Positions 14,214 to 28,520 of a stretch of 64,000 nucleotides of DNA are shown piece by piece. The notes beneath the pieces are model-generated. The model was not told where the DNA came from. It ran no database searches and saw only the letters and a list, made by a program, of their open reading frames with translations. Where the stretch lies: the NCBI GenBank assembly GCA_964016885.1, contig OZ024741.1:125984001-126048000 (forward strand), in the 5' to 3' direction. The position numbers were made by a program, and so were the translations under genes. How positions within the stretch are numbered: the first letter of the stretch is position 1; every line of letters starts with the position of its first letter. The stretch comes from Eledone cirrhosa (lineage: Eukaryota).

Positions 14214-14400
14214 GGATTGGCAGTATCGGTAGAGGGCCGGACGCCATGCTTTGACGCATAGAGTTACGGCCCTTGCTATTCTGAGTTCAAATCCCGCCGA
14301 GGTTAACTTTGCCTTTCATCCTTACGGGGTCGATAAAATGAAGTAACAGTAATACACTGAGGAAATTGCTGGCCTTGTGCCAAAAATAGACACAATTATC
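14214..14400 (+). mobile_element. Dominant tRNA-derived SINE with (ATT)n tail (Meta/Nin-like central domain); other copies about 7845-7970(-), 16503-16720, 24815-24995(-), 29795-29965(-), 35745-35960, 36425-36630(-), 37920-38085, 45355-45450(-), 45985-46140(-), 56290-56500(-), 61555-61690
   Basis: TGGCAGTATCGG A-box, GAGTTCAAATCCC B-box, core GCCTTTCATCCTTACGGGGTCGATAAAATAAAGTACCAG, end GGCCTTGTGCC..AGAAA + (ATT)n. Confidence 0.85.
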
Positions 14401-15099
14401 GTTCTTTCAGTCTCTTATCCATTTACTTACTCCCACCATACACACCTACACACACACTCACACATACACAAGCACACACACATAGACACACCTACACAAA
14501 GACTCACACGTACACACAGACGCCCGCGCATCACAACAGAATAAAAGATTGTAAAGCAATCAAACTTGTTGAAATCTACCTTCCTACACACACACACACA
14601 CACACACATACACACACTCACACACACATATATACACACACATATATATACACACTCACACACATATGAGTGTGTATGTGTGTAAGTATGTATGTATGTA
14701 TTTATGTATGTGTATATATATGTATGTATATATTTATAAATGTATATATCTATATATGTATGTGTATATATAAATATATATATATATATTATATATATTC
14801 ATAATACATATATATATATATATATATACATATGTGTGTGTGTGTGTATGTATGTATGTATTTATGTATGTATGTATATATTTATAAATGTATATATCTA
14901 CATATATCTCTCTATAGATGTATTTTGATACATAAATGTATATATATATATATATACAATGTGTGTGTGTATATATATACAAATGTATATATATATATAT
15001 ATATATATATAAATGTATATATATATATAACTGTATACCTATATATAAATGTATATATATATATAAATGTATATATATATATATATATATATATAGACG

Positions 15100-15132
<33 letters not shown>

Positions 15133-15329
15133 TTATTTATTTTCGTCACACGATTTCATATAAAAAACCTCGCAAAACTCTATATATATATATACGTCTA
15201 TATAGATATATATATATATATCGCTGGAACAGGTAAAAGTGTAAAAGAGTATATAAAGCCCATTCTATCTATCTTTATATGTCTATATCTATATGTTCAT
15301 GTTTATATATAAATGAGAGTAAATATATG

Positions 15330-15411
<82 letters not shown>

Positions 15412-15561
15412 CGTGTGTTTTTATGTGTGTGTGTACATGGACATGCTTGCGTATGTGTATATAGACTTTTGACTACACACAGAAATCCACACTAAAACAA
15501 ACAGTTATCCTGCTCAGAACGGGTATTCTGTTTTACATACATACCAGCACACACACTCACA

Positions 15562-15603
<42 letters not shown>

Positions 15604-15774
15604 TACACACATACACACACTCACATACACACACGCACACATACACATACAGTTACATACACACATTCTTATATACACAGATATTTATACAAACACAGTC
15701 ACACCCATATATACATATAATATATATATTTATATATACATACATATACATAGCATGTTGATGTAAACTGAAAC

Positions 15775-15811
<37 letters not shown>

Positions 15812-15880
15812 TAGTAGTAGTGGTAGTAGTAGTAGTAGTAGTAGTAGTAATATTAATAGTAGTTGTAGTGGTAGTGTTAA

Positions 15881-15923
<43 letters not shown>

Positions 15924-16008
15924 TGTAGTTGTAGTAGTAGTAGTAGTTGTAGTTGTAGTAGTAGTAGTATCTGTAACGTCTTTGAGCAGAAAACCGAATC
16001 ACACACCC

Positions 16009-16053
<45 letters not shown>

Positions 16054-16295
16054 ACTGACAAAAATTGTGGGTGAATAAAACAAAAAATACGAACACCACC
16101 ACCACCACCACCACTACCACCGCCACCGCCATCAACAACTAGTTGTAAAGTTCTTTAGTTTTTTCCCGTAGACGGAGCTGGGATCTTGTGTAGTGAATCT
16201 CCAACCATCTTCCCGGCAACAACAACAATATATAACAATAGGAGATAATAGAAGACCAACAACTTTGTAATAATAATACTTGAGGAAACAACAAA

Positions 16296-16403
16296 ATGGG
16301 AGAAATTGTACGAGTTTCATTAAGACGGGTAGATAATGCTCAACCTTGGGGATTCCGAATGCAGGGTGGAACTGATGTAGGGGCCCCTCTACATGTCGCT
16401 CAG
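16296..16403 (+). CDS. PDZ-domain protein (PDLIM/Zasp-like), coding exon 1
   Basis: ATG..MGEIVRVSLRRVDNAQPWGFRMQGGTDVGAPLHVAQ; PWGFRxQGG is the carboxylate-binding loop signature of PDLIM-type PDZ domains; donor CAG|GTAAGG, phase 0. Confidence 0.9.
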
Positions 16404-16734
16404 GTAAGGAAGAAATAACATGCTTTCTTCCATTCTTCTTCTTCTTCTTCTTCTTCTTCTTCTTCTTCTTCTTCTTCTTCTTCTTCTTCTTCGTCTTCTT
16501 CGGATTGGCAGTACCGGTAGAGTATCATACACCATGCTTTGCAGAATAGAGTTATGGCTCTTTACGCCCCGAGTTCAAATTACGCCGAAGTTAACCTTGC
16601 CTTTCAGCCTTACGGGGTCGATAAAATAAAGCACCAGTAATGAACTGGGGTCAATTTAATCGACTTCCCCTCTCCCTCAAATTACTGGCCTTGTGCCTAT
16701 ACTAGAAATCATTATCATTATTATTATTCTTTTG

Positions 16735-17090
16735 CTCCCTATGGATCATTGTCCGATAAGAGATCCCCCATTCCGCATGGTCACTTGTCCTGTCATGTGT
16801 CACGTGACTGCTCACCTCACTGTCTCGGGCCCACGTGCGCCAGGTTTTCATCGACAGACCTCAACCAGGTGTTGATGGGTTTATCTTGCTCCACACAACA
16901 CTCCTTCTTTTTGTCTTCCCTTTGAGGGAATCCCTCACTGGTCTGTACGTAGACATGTGCATACGCGGCGTGTGGCCAAGCATCTTCCGCCGTCATACAC
17001 TGATGATTTCACACAGATTAACTTAGCCGGGCCCCCGGACTCTTTCCGTGACTTCCTCATTTATGATGTGGTCAAACCACCTTAATTACT
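16735..17090 (-). mobile_element. Decayed LINE (RTE-like) 3' fragment; related copy about 62190-62440
   Basis: Shared 3' sequence (GAGATxCCCATTC..CATGxTCACTTGTCCT) and a degenerate coding remnant. Confidence 0.45.
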
Positions 17091-17509
17091 ATGGAAGAAA
17101 AGCGAAGGTGTAATTTAGCTATTTAACACAATGGACCAAACTATAGCGTTATACTATAAACAGCCTCAACAGAAGAATACAATCGAAGATATAACTGAAA
17201 TATTTAACACATTGAAACAACGTTAATTTATGCATAAAAAATAAAAACGTGCGTTGTGTTCTTGAACAAGACTTTATTTCACGTTACTCCAGTTTATTCA
17301 GCTGTAGAAATGGTTTGCGACATCACTGGTGCCAAGCTGTATCGGCCTTAGCCTTTCCCTTGGACAACATCGGTGGCCTGGAGAGGAGGGGAGACTGGTA
17401 TGTATGGCTGACTGCTGGTCTACCACAAACAACCTTGCCCGGAATTGGGCAACACAGGGAAACTTTCTAGATACAAGTCCCATGGTCACTCATGACCGAA
17501 GGGGGTCTT

Positions 17510-17583
<74 letters not shown>

Positions 17584-17938
17584 TTCTCTGTTTATATATA
17601 TATATATACAAACACACACAGATATGTGTGTGTGTCTGTGTATAATTTTGGCATGCTTATATACATTTTTTCTTCTAACTGATTTTATACCTAATTGTGT
17701 ATGGTTGGCGATATATTTAATCGATTTCCACGTGCTATTAGAAATGCTGGGTAAATATTCGATACCTGTTGATCGCGGACAGATAGCTGTCGTTTATTTA
17801 TCTATTATTTCTTCATAGGTGCCTTTTAATCTTATAGCCTTGTTTAATTGTTTTTTTTTGTGTGTGGTTGATTATGCTGATTGGGAGAGGAGATGGTGTA
17901 TATATTTTATCAAATGATTCTATGGACATACTTTATTG

Positions 17939-18005
<67 letters not shown>

Positions 18006-18070
18006 AAAATGACAGAGACACAAAACAATTAGTCTTATTAGGTTCACGCTTTGAATAAAAGAGAAAAAAG

Positions 18071-18104
18071 TTCGACGTATCGGACGTTAGTCTTTCATCA
18101 GGAG
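18071..18104 (-). ncRNA. Degenerate minimal hammerhead motif
   Basis: Minus strand: ctc CTGATGA aagac taac gtcc GATA cg TC gaa; GAAA is mutated. A similar motif occurs at 24089-24120(-). Confidence 0.45.
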
Positions 18105-18150
18105 AGTAATCGTTTTTGTATCTCTGAGTTTATCATTATATATATATATA

Positions 18151-18220
<70 letters not shown>

Positions 18221-18426
18221 TCTTTACATCAAACCGCGACTGTCAAGTAACAACCACTTTGTTGGCTTTGTTTGGGGAATAGTATCAATATATCAATCTA
18301 TCTATCTATCTCTCTATCTCTCTCTATATATATATCTACCAATCTATCTATATATCTATCTATCTATATATATATATACCAATCTACCTATCTATCTATC
18401 TATCTATATATATACCAATCTATCTA

Positions 18427-18509
<83 letters not shown>

Positions 18510-18529
18510 CTCTCTCTGTATATATACAT

Positions 18530-18568
<39 letters not shown>

Positions 18569-18654
18569 CCTACAATTCTGTCTGTCTGTCAGTCTCACTG
18601 CCAATCTATAGTTATCTAGTTGTGTATACTTACCAAGGTATCTATTTTTAGACA

Positions 18655-18711
<57 letters not shown>

Positions 18712-19146
18712 AGCACATATCCCAGTGGCAGTCCGAAGATAGACAGATAGATATCTACATAGATGGAACAAAGTAATCATCATTTAGTAGTACATATATA
18801 TTTGATAATAATTAAAGAAAATGTTTGTAATTAACTGAAATGAATGTAAAATAAAACACAAGGATGGCCAGAGTGACAATAGGGAGAAGGTCAAGGTTAT
18901 TTGAGGTTTGAAGTATTTTTAAATAGAATGTTGAAATCAAGTTAACTTAAATATAAATATACGAAGGCCGGTTCCGAGGCCGCCTTGAGGCCGCCATCAA
19001 AGCCAACAGCGGGTTTATCGAGTGAGATCGAAAGAACAAGTCATGAAGACAAACTGACCCAAGTTTGATAAATATATCTTGAAAAATAAAACTACTGTCT
19101 TACCTTTTCCTAGACAGTAATCTTGCGAACAAATATCGTCCGCACC

Positions 19147-19181
<35 letters not shown>

Positions 19182-19303
19182 AAGTTGACGGACCCAGCAT
19201 ATGTATTAATGCTAGGACCGGTTGCATCTCAGCGTACTCAATAGGTAATGTAAAATACACTCCCAGAGTATGAACATAGTTATTCGCTTCAATACAACAC
19301 ACG

Positions 19304-19339
<36 letters not shown>

Positions 19340-19441
19340 TTATTTTTACACACACACATACACACATACATATACACACATACATACACACACACATACA
19401 TATATATATATAACCACACATATGTATATATATATATATAT

Positions 19442-19472
<31 letters not shown>

Positions 19473-19510
19473 CAAACAAACACACACATATATACTTACA
19501 CATACACACT

Positions 19511-19557
<47 letters not shown>

Positions 19558-19739
19558 ACACACACACATATATATATATACACATACATTCATACATATG
19601 TGGCCTATCCTTATTCCGATAACCAATTTGACTTCATGTCAGTATATTCTGTCTGCTGGGGCCACACCCAAAATTGGGAGACCAGGTCAAGGCAGTGAAT
19701 TCTACTGTTGCCTAATGGGAAACTGGGATAAAATATAAT

Positions 19740-21490
19740 TATTTCTACTTTTGGCACAAGGCCTGCATATACTCAGTACATGACTGGTACTTTATTTTAT
19801 CTACCCCATAAGGATGAAAGGCAAAGTTAACCTCGACGGGATTTGAACACAGACTGTAAAGGGACGTAACTATGCTAGAAAGCATGGCGTCCAACCCTCT
19901 ACCGATACTGCCAATTCACCGATAAAATATAATGTTATACATATATGTATATATTATCATTATTGGCAGTACTGGTAAAGCGTCTGACAACATGCCTTAC
20001 GGCATAGAGTTTCGACCCTTTATGTTCCGAGTTCAAATCCCGCTAAGGTTGACTTTGCCTTTCATTATTATGGGGTCGATAAAATAAAGTACCAGTAACA
20101 CACTAGGGTCGATTTAATCGACTTCCCCTACCCCCAAATTGTTGGCCTTGTGCCTAAATCAGAAACCATTAATATATTATATTGTTGTTGTATATACAAT
20201 GCTTCAAGCAAACTACATTGACAGTACCGGTAGAGCATCTGACAATATATCTTATGGCATAATGTTACGGCCCTTTACGTTCTGAGTTCAAACCCCGCCG
20301 AGGTTAGCTTTGTCTTCCATCCTTACGGGGTTGATAAAATAAAGTACCAGTAATGCGTTGGAGTAATTGCTGGCCTTGTGCCAAAGGTAGAAATAATTAT
20401 TATTTTACAATTTTATTTCTTTTGTGTTAAATATTATTTTACACAAAGAAAAAGCCACACTGTATCGTCCTGTGCCATCTTTAATGTTTCCTTAATGTGT
20501 GCACTGTGTGGCTAATAAAGACGCTGTGCTTTGCAGTTTGAGTTCAAACCCCGCCGAGGTTAACTTTGCCTTTCATCCTTACGGGGTCGATAAAATAAAG
20601 TACCAGTAACGTACTAGGGTCGATTTAATCGACTTTCCCCTCCCCCAAATTACTGGCCTTGTGCCTATACTAGAAATCATTATTATTATGGGGTCGATAA
20701 AATGAAGTACCAGTAATTAAGTACTGGGTAATTGCTGGCCTTGTGCCAAAAGTAGAAACAGTTATTATTACGAGAATGGCCCGTGTGAATGGGCCTACTC
20801 TGACCATGCGCCTATAGGCTAGCTAACTTGAGGAGAGGGGTGCTCTCCCTGGGTACCCTAGAAGTGCAGGGTGGTTCAGAATTGGTGGGGTACCTGAGTC
20901 ACCCCAGCGTCGTCCACCCCCTATCGGGGAATTTATTTTGTTATATTTATGCATAGTTTATTTTATATTTTTTATATCTACATTGTTAAATTAGTCTTGC
21001 CATTGTGCACTTTTACTCGACCTTACTGTAAAACCCCACTGTCCCTGTCTTTGTATTGTCCCCTACATGTCGGCCCTTGTGGCTAATAAATGAAATAAGG
21101 GCGGTGAATTGGCAGTATCGGTAGAGGGTCGGACACCATGCTTTGACGCATAGAGTTACGGCCCTTGCCATTCTGAGTTCAAATCCCGCCGAGGTTAACT
21201 TTGCATTTCATTCTTACGGGGTCGATAAAATAAAGTACCAGTAATGTACTGGGTAATTGCTGGCCTTGTACCAACAGTAGAAACAATTATTATTATTATT
21301 ACGGACAGCATGCTTTGCGGCATATAGTTACGACCCTTTATATTTTGAGTTCAAACCCCGCCAAGGTTAGCTTTGCTTTTCATTCTTGCGCGGTCGATAA
21401 AGTACCAGTAACATACTGAGGTCGATTTCATCGATTTTTCCCCTCCCCCCAAATTGCTGGCCTTGTGCCTATAGTAGAAATCATTATTAC
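19740..21490. mobile_element. Cluster of about 7 dominant-SINE copies, mostly head-to-tail, with interleaved Tx1-like 3' ends
   Basis: Repeated SINE cores at about 19800(-), 20040, 20290, 20550, 20690, 21180 and 21350, mostly separated by (ATT)n. Confidence 0.85.
20771..21098 (+). mobile_element. 5'-truncated copy of a sister Tx1 family
   Basis: Starts CGAGAATGGCCCGTGTGAATGGGCCT, matching the ORF2 end at 6361; ends GGCCCTTGTGGCTAATAAATGAAAT. Confidence 0.8.
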
Positions 21491-21573
21491 TATTATTACT
21501 ATTTCTACAAAGGCAGTGGTACTTATTCTACCAATCACTTGTTGTGGAACCGCTACGTTACGGAAGTTAAATA

Positions 21574-21657
<84 letters not shown>

Positions 21658-21992
21658 TCATACACACGTACATACATAGATACATGCCTACACACATACA
21701 TACACACACATACATTCATACATATATGCATACATACATAGAAACATACATACACACCTACACATACATACATAGAAACATACATGCATACATTGAAACA
21801 TACATGCATACACAACATCAACAGCAACATACATAGATACATAGATACATGCCTACACATACATACACACAGACATACGTGCATACATACACACATACAT
21901 ACATACCTACTCATCCATACATACATAGAAACATACATACATACATACATACATACATACATACATACATACATACATACATACATAGATAT

Positions 21993-22190
21993 ATGACTGA
22001 ACTTGGATTTGCGGACAAAGAGCGCAGCTCCCTAATTCATAGTCTACAAATGGTTGCGATAGCTGGCACCTTCAAAGTTTGCAAAACATTCTTGCGATTC
22101 AAGGGATGACAATTTCTTTTCTTTTACAACCTTGCCACCAGGAAGGTGCCCGGTCAAAAAAATATACTCGAAATTAAGAGAAAGAGATAA
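21993..22190 (+). mobile_element. 3' end of a second R4/Dong-like family in (CATA)n
   Basis: Encodes ELGFADKERSSLIHSLQMVAIAGTFKVCKTFL, similar to the KLGFTGTERTQLVRKLQVQSINGTVK end. Confidence 0.55.
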
Positions 22191-22606
22191 TATAGATACA
22201 TGCCTACACATACATACATACATACATACATACATACATACATACATACGTACATACATACATAAACACACATACATACATAAACACATACATACATGCC
22301 TACATATATATACATAGAAACATACATACACATCAACAGCAACAACAATATAAGGAAACTTCCAGCCAAATATGATAACAGAACTGCAAACTAAGTCAGA
22401 TAGAACGCCATAAGTAGAGAACACTGGCTGTTTATATAGAAGAGCAGCGGAAATAGTAAAAGACTAACCATGGAAGGTTTGTTTATTAATAGCACCTAAG
22501 AAACCAAAGGTGAATATCTACACAGAGTGCACGTGGAATATATAGTGAAAGAAACTTATAGTTAACAGTTAAGCAATTATATAGACGTCTCTCTCTCTCT
22601 CTCTCC

Positions 22607-22653
<47 letters not shown>

Positions 22654-22655
<2 letters not shown>

Positions 22656-22991
22656 TTGTCCCCCGGAATTCGCGGGGGTTACTTTCCTAGAGCATCTACG
22701 AAGAGTGAAAAACCGCGAATATTTGACGTGATCCATAAAAATGCCTATAAACGTCAAAATATGACGTAAAATATAATAAAAAAAAGGGGAAGGTCTTATG
22801 CCAAGGGGCGTCCAATGGACCGGCAAATACGGTATATTGTAATTAATAATTTAGCGTTAAAAAGGTATTAAAAAATCGCGGAAGATATTTACGATTCCGC
22901 AAATATGCGGTGGTTTCCACGAACAATTATTAGTTAGGTTTTAAAGAAAATTCCGCGAATAACCGTGACCGCGAATGCCGGTGGTACACTA
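22654..22991. mobile_element. Pogo/Tigger-like MITE (second copy 41236-41542)
   Basis: Imperfect TIRs (c)AGTTGTCCCCCGGAATTCGCGG..CCGCGAATGCCGGTGGTACACT; TA flanks; the two copies align. Confidence 0.7.
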
Positions 22992-23217
22992 TGTGTGTGT
23001 GTGTGTGTGAGTCCCAGGTTCAATCAAGGGTAACCACAGTAAGTAAGGTACTCAATACATTAGTAGAGTGTATACAACAAAATTTAATTTAGAAATGTCT
23101 TCTACAGGACTAGAACTGTTTCATTTGAAGGAAACCATCAGGAACCCCCTTTCCATTTCTATATTAATTTTGTTATATATATATCATACATATATATATA
23201 TATATACATATATATGT

Positions 23218-23257
<40 letters not shown>

Positions 23258-23617
23258 GTCAATTTCGTATATCTAAAGTTGTAGCGGCGTTGACTGAAAC
23301 TGTTCTATTCATAGCTGCGACTTTCAAAATGTCTATTTATAAACATACCGTATATCTTTAGATATACGAAATTCACATATATATTTGTATACAGATATCT
23401 CGAAGCGAAATTCTAATCACACACACACGCACACACACACGCACACGTACACGCACACACATATATATATATATAGCAAAAGTAAAAATATATATACAAA
23501 GCTAAAATGTATGTAGGGAATAATTTGATGTGCACCTCTCTTGAAACATGTATAAGGAATTAAAAGTGATTTAAAAGCTAATTTTTCCATCTATATATTT
23601 GATTATATATATATATC

Positions 23618-23906
23618 CAGGGAGTGTAACTTGGAGTTACTGTAGGTTCACCCGGGTGAGCACTCGGTGTTTAGGTTCACTTCAGTGTCGATGTGTAGAG
23701 CTAGACAGAGTGTATGAAAGTGAAATAAAATAACAAGGACGATTGGTTTCTCCTTCATTACCCTTACAAGGGATCTGATGAGCCGCGGGTAACAGACTCG
23801 GGTCAGATCGATACAGATCGAACCTTGAGTTGAGCAGTGGCAAAACGCGCGCCACCAACCAATAAACGTAATGAAGGAATAACCAATCGTCCTTGTTATT
23901 TTATTT

Positions 23907-23912
<6 letters not shown>
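23618..23912. mobile_element. Penelope-like mini-element: 43-bp inverted arms around a decayed hammerhead, plus one-sided tail
   Basis: Arms 23719-23761 and 23868-23910; CTGATGA gccgc..long stem..gtggc AAAA cgcgcg CC acc, then AATAAA; sits in (TA)n. Confidence 0.65.
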
Positions 23913-23992
<80 letters not shown>

Positions 23993-24242
23993 TGTGTGTG
24001 TATATGCGAAAAGTAAACGGAAAAGCACAACAGATGATGAAATACAATGATGAGATATATATTAGTTTCACAATGTAGTAGGAAAAAAGCAACGTTTCGG
24101 ACACTAGTACTTCATCAGAAAATAGAATGAGAAATTAAAGAAGAAATAGAAAGATAAAGGAGAATGAACAAGGGTAGAAATAAAAAAAATGTCTTCGAGA
24201 TATAGCAGGTCTGTTCATTCCACCATGTCTTGATATATATAG

Positions 24243-24560
24243 TGAAAGCGCATGGCTTAGAGGTTAGAGCGTTGGGTTCACAATTGTTAGGTGGTGCTTT
24301 GTGTCATCGATCAAGACACTTTATTACTTTATTTCACGTTGCTCCAGGTCCCTCAGCTGGTAAAAAATGAGTTGTGACGTCACTGGTGCCAAGCTGTATT
24401 GTCCATTGTCTTTCCCTTGGACAACATCGGTGGCGCTGAGAGAGGAGACAGGTATGCGTGAGCGACTGCTGGTTTTCCACAAAACGCATTGCCCGAGTTT
24501 GTGTCGCGGTGGGCGGTGGGGAAATTTCTAGGTGCGAAACCCATGGTCATTCATGGCCAC
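24243..24560 (+). mobile_element. Second tRNA-derived SINE family (partial copy 17245-17510)
   Basis: tRNA-like head TGGCTTAGAGGTTAGAGCG; shared body CACTGGTGCCAAGCTGTAT..TTTCCCTTGGACAACATCGGTGGC. Confidence 0.65.
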
Positions 24561-25150
24561 ACGCGCCGATTAAGCATCGTTGCATAATAAATACAGACAG
24601 TAGATGTTCTAAGCTCTCTTTCCGCATTAAGTGTGGCCATAAGTCGAGTACGGGTATAGATTTATGGTATCCATTACGTGTATTGTATTAAATCAATTAA
24701 CTTGGTGTCTACTCTGGGATTTTTACATAACCTTACCTATTGAGTACGCTAAAATGCAACCCGTACTAGCAGGGAAACTTATACTAATACTCTCAACTTA
24801 TATATATATAATAATAATTGTTTCTACTTTTGGCACAAGGCCAGCAATTACCCAGTTCATTACTGGTACTTTATTTTATTGACCCCGTAAGGATGAAAGG
24901 CAAAGTCAACCTCGGCGGGATTTGAACTCAGATCGTAAAGGGACGTAACTATGCTGGAAAGCATGGCGTCCGACCCTCTACCGATACTGCCAATCCTATA
25001 TAATAATAATAATAAGTTTTGGTATATTGTAAGAAGCACTGAATAAATGCAGGTTTGAAAAGTCACATGTATACATATATATACATATATATATTACACA
25101 CACACACACATATATATATATATGTGTATTTGTGTGTGTAATATGTGTGC

Positions 25151-25182
<32 letters not shown>

Positions 25183-26814
25183 GTGTGCGTGTCTGTGTGT
25201 GTGCATATTATAATGCGCAGAAAACGATGGAGTGGGGGAGTGACTTTTCAAACAAGCATTTATTCAGTGCTTCTTGCAATATACTAACAATTCTTCAATG
25301 ATTTCTTTGAATATTTGTTTTATACGATCAACATTTCTATGCGTCATTTCCAAAAGATTTTAGTCTTTACGTTCTGACTTAAACAATTAATTTGTTTCAC
25401 TTCCACGCACTGGTATCAAATTTGTTTGGTACATATTTTCAGATGAATTTCGTTTGAAAAAAAATTAGTACAGAAATGAGGAAGAACTCAATATTTATAA
25501 CATAGTAATAATATATGTTGATTAATTGAATACATCAACACACATACGCACACACAGATATATAGGTTAATAGTTACAATGAAAGAAAAAGTACTCTACA
25601 TCGAAAGGTAATAGAGGATATATAAATATTTATTAGTACGATAGTCAGAATAGCAAGCCGGTACTCTCTTGAGATTCTTGTTCTGATTGTATGCCAAAAT
25701 ATGGCTAGCCATATTTTGGCATAGAGTCAGATCGTCAGCCGACTGACGAATGTTGTCAGAGCCACTAATGCTAACAAGAAACCTAGGGTAGCGGCCTAAT
25801 ATCCAGACTCTTACTTACATAATAAATGGCACATATATTTCAAAATGGGACAAAGACAAGAAGGCATAGAGACAATAATCAAACGAAATATAAAATCAAG
25901 GAAAACAACACGGGAATCCTGATCATCAGCAGTTGTCCCCTATTAGATATAATTCTAGAGATGGCTGTGTTTTATCACGACAGAATGACCAGTTCTAAAT
26001 CTAACACTACCCAGGAAATAGACAAACGAAAATAATATAACCAAGGTGAACATATACTGTTATGGTTTAGTTAAACTATATGCGGTATATCAACAACCTG
26101 TGATTTGTTGAACTGTTATTTATTAGATGACAAACATTGCCAAACGTAAGAAAGAGCGATATAGCCCTGATGTTCAGGTTTTGTTACCCGCCTCACCGGA
26201 AGTTCGTTTTTCTGCTGACCAGTTCAATAACAAGTCCGCAGTAAAGGAACGCCGTCAACAGATCGTCTTTTATAAGCTCGAGAGCAATGCTTTACAACGA
26301 GAATGGAAACTATATCCGAAAGAACAACGTAGCCGCCGTAACATTGGCTAATCGCAATCAGAAACATACAAATGTTCAGTGAATAATTGCATATTTATAC
26401 CTGTAACGTACGTGTGTGTGTGTAGTGGACGTCTATCGGTTCCGACGAGTCGTGTTCCAGTTGTTCTTTACAGCCCGCTCATAAAATTAACATGCAAATG
26501 GCTGAGGATTCCACAGACACGTGTACTGTTAACATAATTCTGAGGGAAATTCAACCTGACGCAGTGTATGCTAAGACTATTTGAATTACAGACAGAACTA
26601 GTTTTATTCTATTTTATTTTATTTTATTTTATTTTGCAACTGATTTGACTGGAATAACATGAAATAAAGTGTCTTGTTGAAGGACACAATGAGGCAGTGG
26701 GAATCGAACTCATGGACCAAATACCCTGACTAAGCCACGCGTCTTTGTGTGGGTGTTTGTTGAATGATGTCATCACCTTGATACCGAGAATTCACATCGT
26801 ACACACAAATGTAT

Positions 26815-27185
26815 TCTTTTTATTCTTTTACTGGTTTCAGTCATCAGACTACAGCCAAGATGGGGCACCGCCTCGATTTAGTTGATCATGTGGATCTCTC
26901 CCCGCCAAGTACGTATTTTTTCAAGTCTGGTACTTATTTTGGTGATTTTCTTTTGTCGAACCGCTAAGTTACTAGATAAACACGGACAGACACAAACGTA
27001 ATAATAGACAAGGGACAGTTGCACACATTCACATACATCTGTAGTTTCCATCTGCCAAATTCTGCTCAAGGCAACGGCCAAACCGAGTCTATAGTGGAAG
27101 ACGCCCAATCTACCATGCAGCGAGACTGAACATAGAACCACAGAGTTGCGAAGCAAACTCCATAAATACATAGCCATGCTTGCAC
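26815..27185 (-). mobile_element. tRNA-derived SINE (third family)
   Basis: Degenerate minus-strand tRNA-like head and AT-rich tail; related fragments at about 32470-32620 and 34460-34560. Confidence 0.5.
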
Positions 27186-27581
27186 GTATGAGTATAGATG
27201 TATAAAGCTTTATCTGCATAACGGGCTTAAAAATAAACCGATGCCCATAAAAGTCTACAGTCTGTCGAACCCGGAGGCTCATTTGGCCGATGCTTATCCC
27301 GGTTTCTGTGGAAGTGACTGATAGTACAAGCCTTTCCCATGGAATGAACACCAGTCAATCGCAGGGTTAAACACCCCAGCTATTACTGGTACTCATTTTC
27401 AGCTGAGTATACTAGAGCAACGTGAAATGAAGTGTTTTGCTCAAGAACACAACACGCAATCTAGTCCAAGAATCGAACCCTCGACATTATAATCGCAAGT
27501 ACAATACCATTACCACTAAATCATGCATCTTCACGATGCCTACATCTCATTTTCTAATCTTGTTTAGTATTATTTCATTAA

Positions 27582-27984
27582 CCCTTTTGTTACCACATTG
27601 CTAATGGAAGACGTTACTGTGATTTTCAAATAATTTTGAAAATAATGAAGAATTTGGAGAGATTTAGTATTATAACTTTTTCATTAAGTTGGTGCTTGGA
27701 ATATAACTCAACAAAAATTCTTGCGTGTCATTAATGGCGGAAGATGTTGAGACAAATTTTAAAATTTCTTTACCATATTTCTATTAAAAAACAATGCCTA
27801 TGGTTTTCAAATCATTTAAAAAATAATCAGAATTTTAGAGAGGTTTAGTAATGTAACTTTCTCATTAAGTTGATGTTTGGAACATAAATCAACAAATGTT
27901 CTCACTTATCATTGAAGTGGGATGTTTTTAAATAAATATAAACACTTATAAACAGCTTTATATCATAGTTTGGTATTAGAAGGG
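27582..27984. mobile_element. piggyBac-like MITE
   Basis: TTAA|CCCTTTTGTTACCA..TGGTATTAGAAGGG|TTAA; internal duplication of about 180 bp. Confidence 0.7.
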
Positions 27985-28269
27985 TTAAGATAAAAAAACA
28001 AACACGAAGCTAGCATGCAAATATGCATCCAGTGTACGTAATTTTTTTTTCATTTTTATAATACCTTAACATACTTATTGCCAACACACCCCAGTAGCAG
28101 TTTAAGTCAGGTATGTAATTTATAGCATATGATGATAGTATGAACCTATCATACTTCTGACAACTAACTGAACTAAACTACTCTACAGCTGTTAGAATTG
28201 TCAGTACGTATATATCAGGTGTAGTTAGGGTTTCTGAAACTAAGAACTAAGAACCAGACACAACCTTTA

Positions 28270-28520
28270 AATGGTTCAGACTAGCGACAAGTAGACCCCA
28301 TCACACAGACATGTAGATAGTCCCCACCCTACAGAGTAACGACATATAGCCCCCACTTCGTAGACTAGTGACATGGGACCTCCCTCTCACCCCCACATCA
28401 CAGGGTAACGATATTGGGCCCCCACCCCACAGACTAGCGATATGTGACTTCCCACCCCACAGAAGCAATATGGGACCCCCCCCATCTCACCGTATAGCGA
28501 CATAGGACCCCCACCCCACC
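28270..28520. repeat. Degenerate about 33-bp minisatellite
   Basis: Reiterated CCCCACCCCACAGACTAGCGACATGGGA-like unit. Confidence 0.7.

Noticed and set aside
23100-23150. Minus-strand CTGATGG..GAAA motif
   Set aside because: A9 is mutated and the stems do not pair convincingly; at most a very old remnant.
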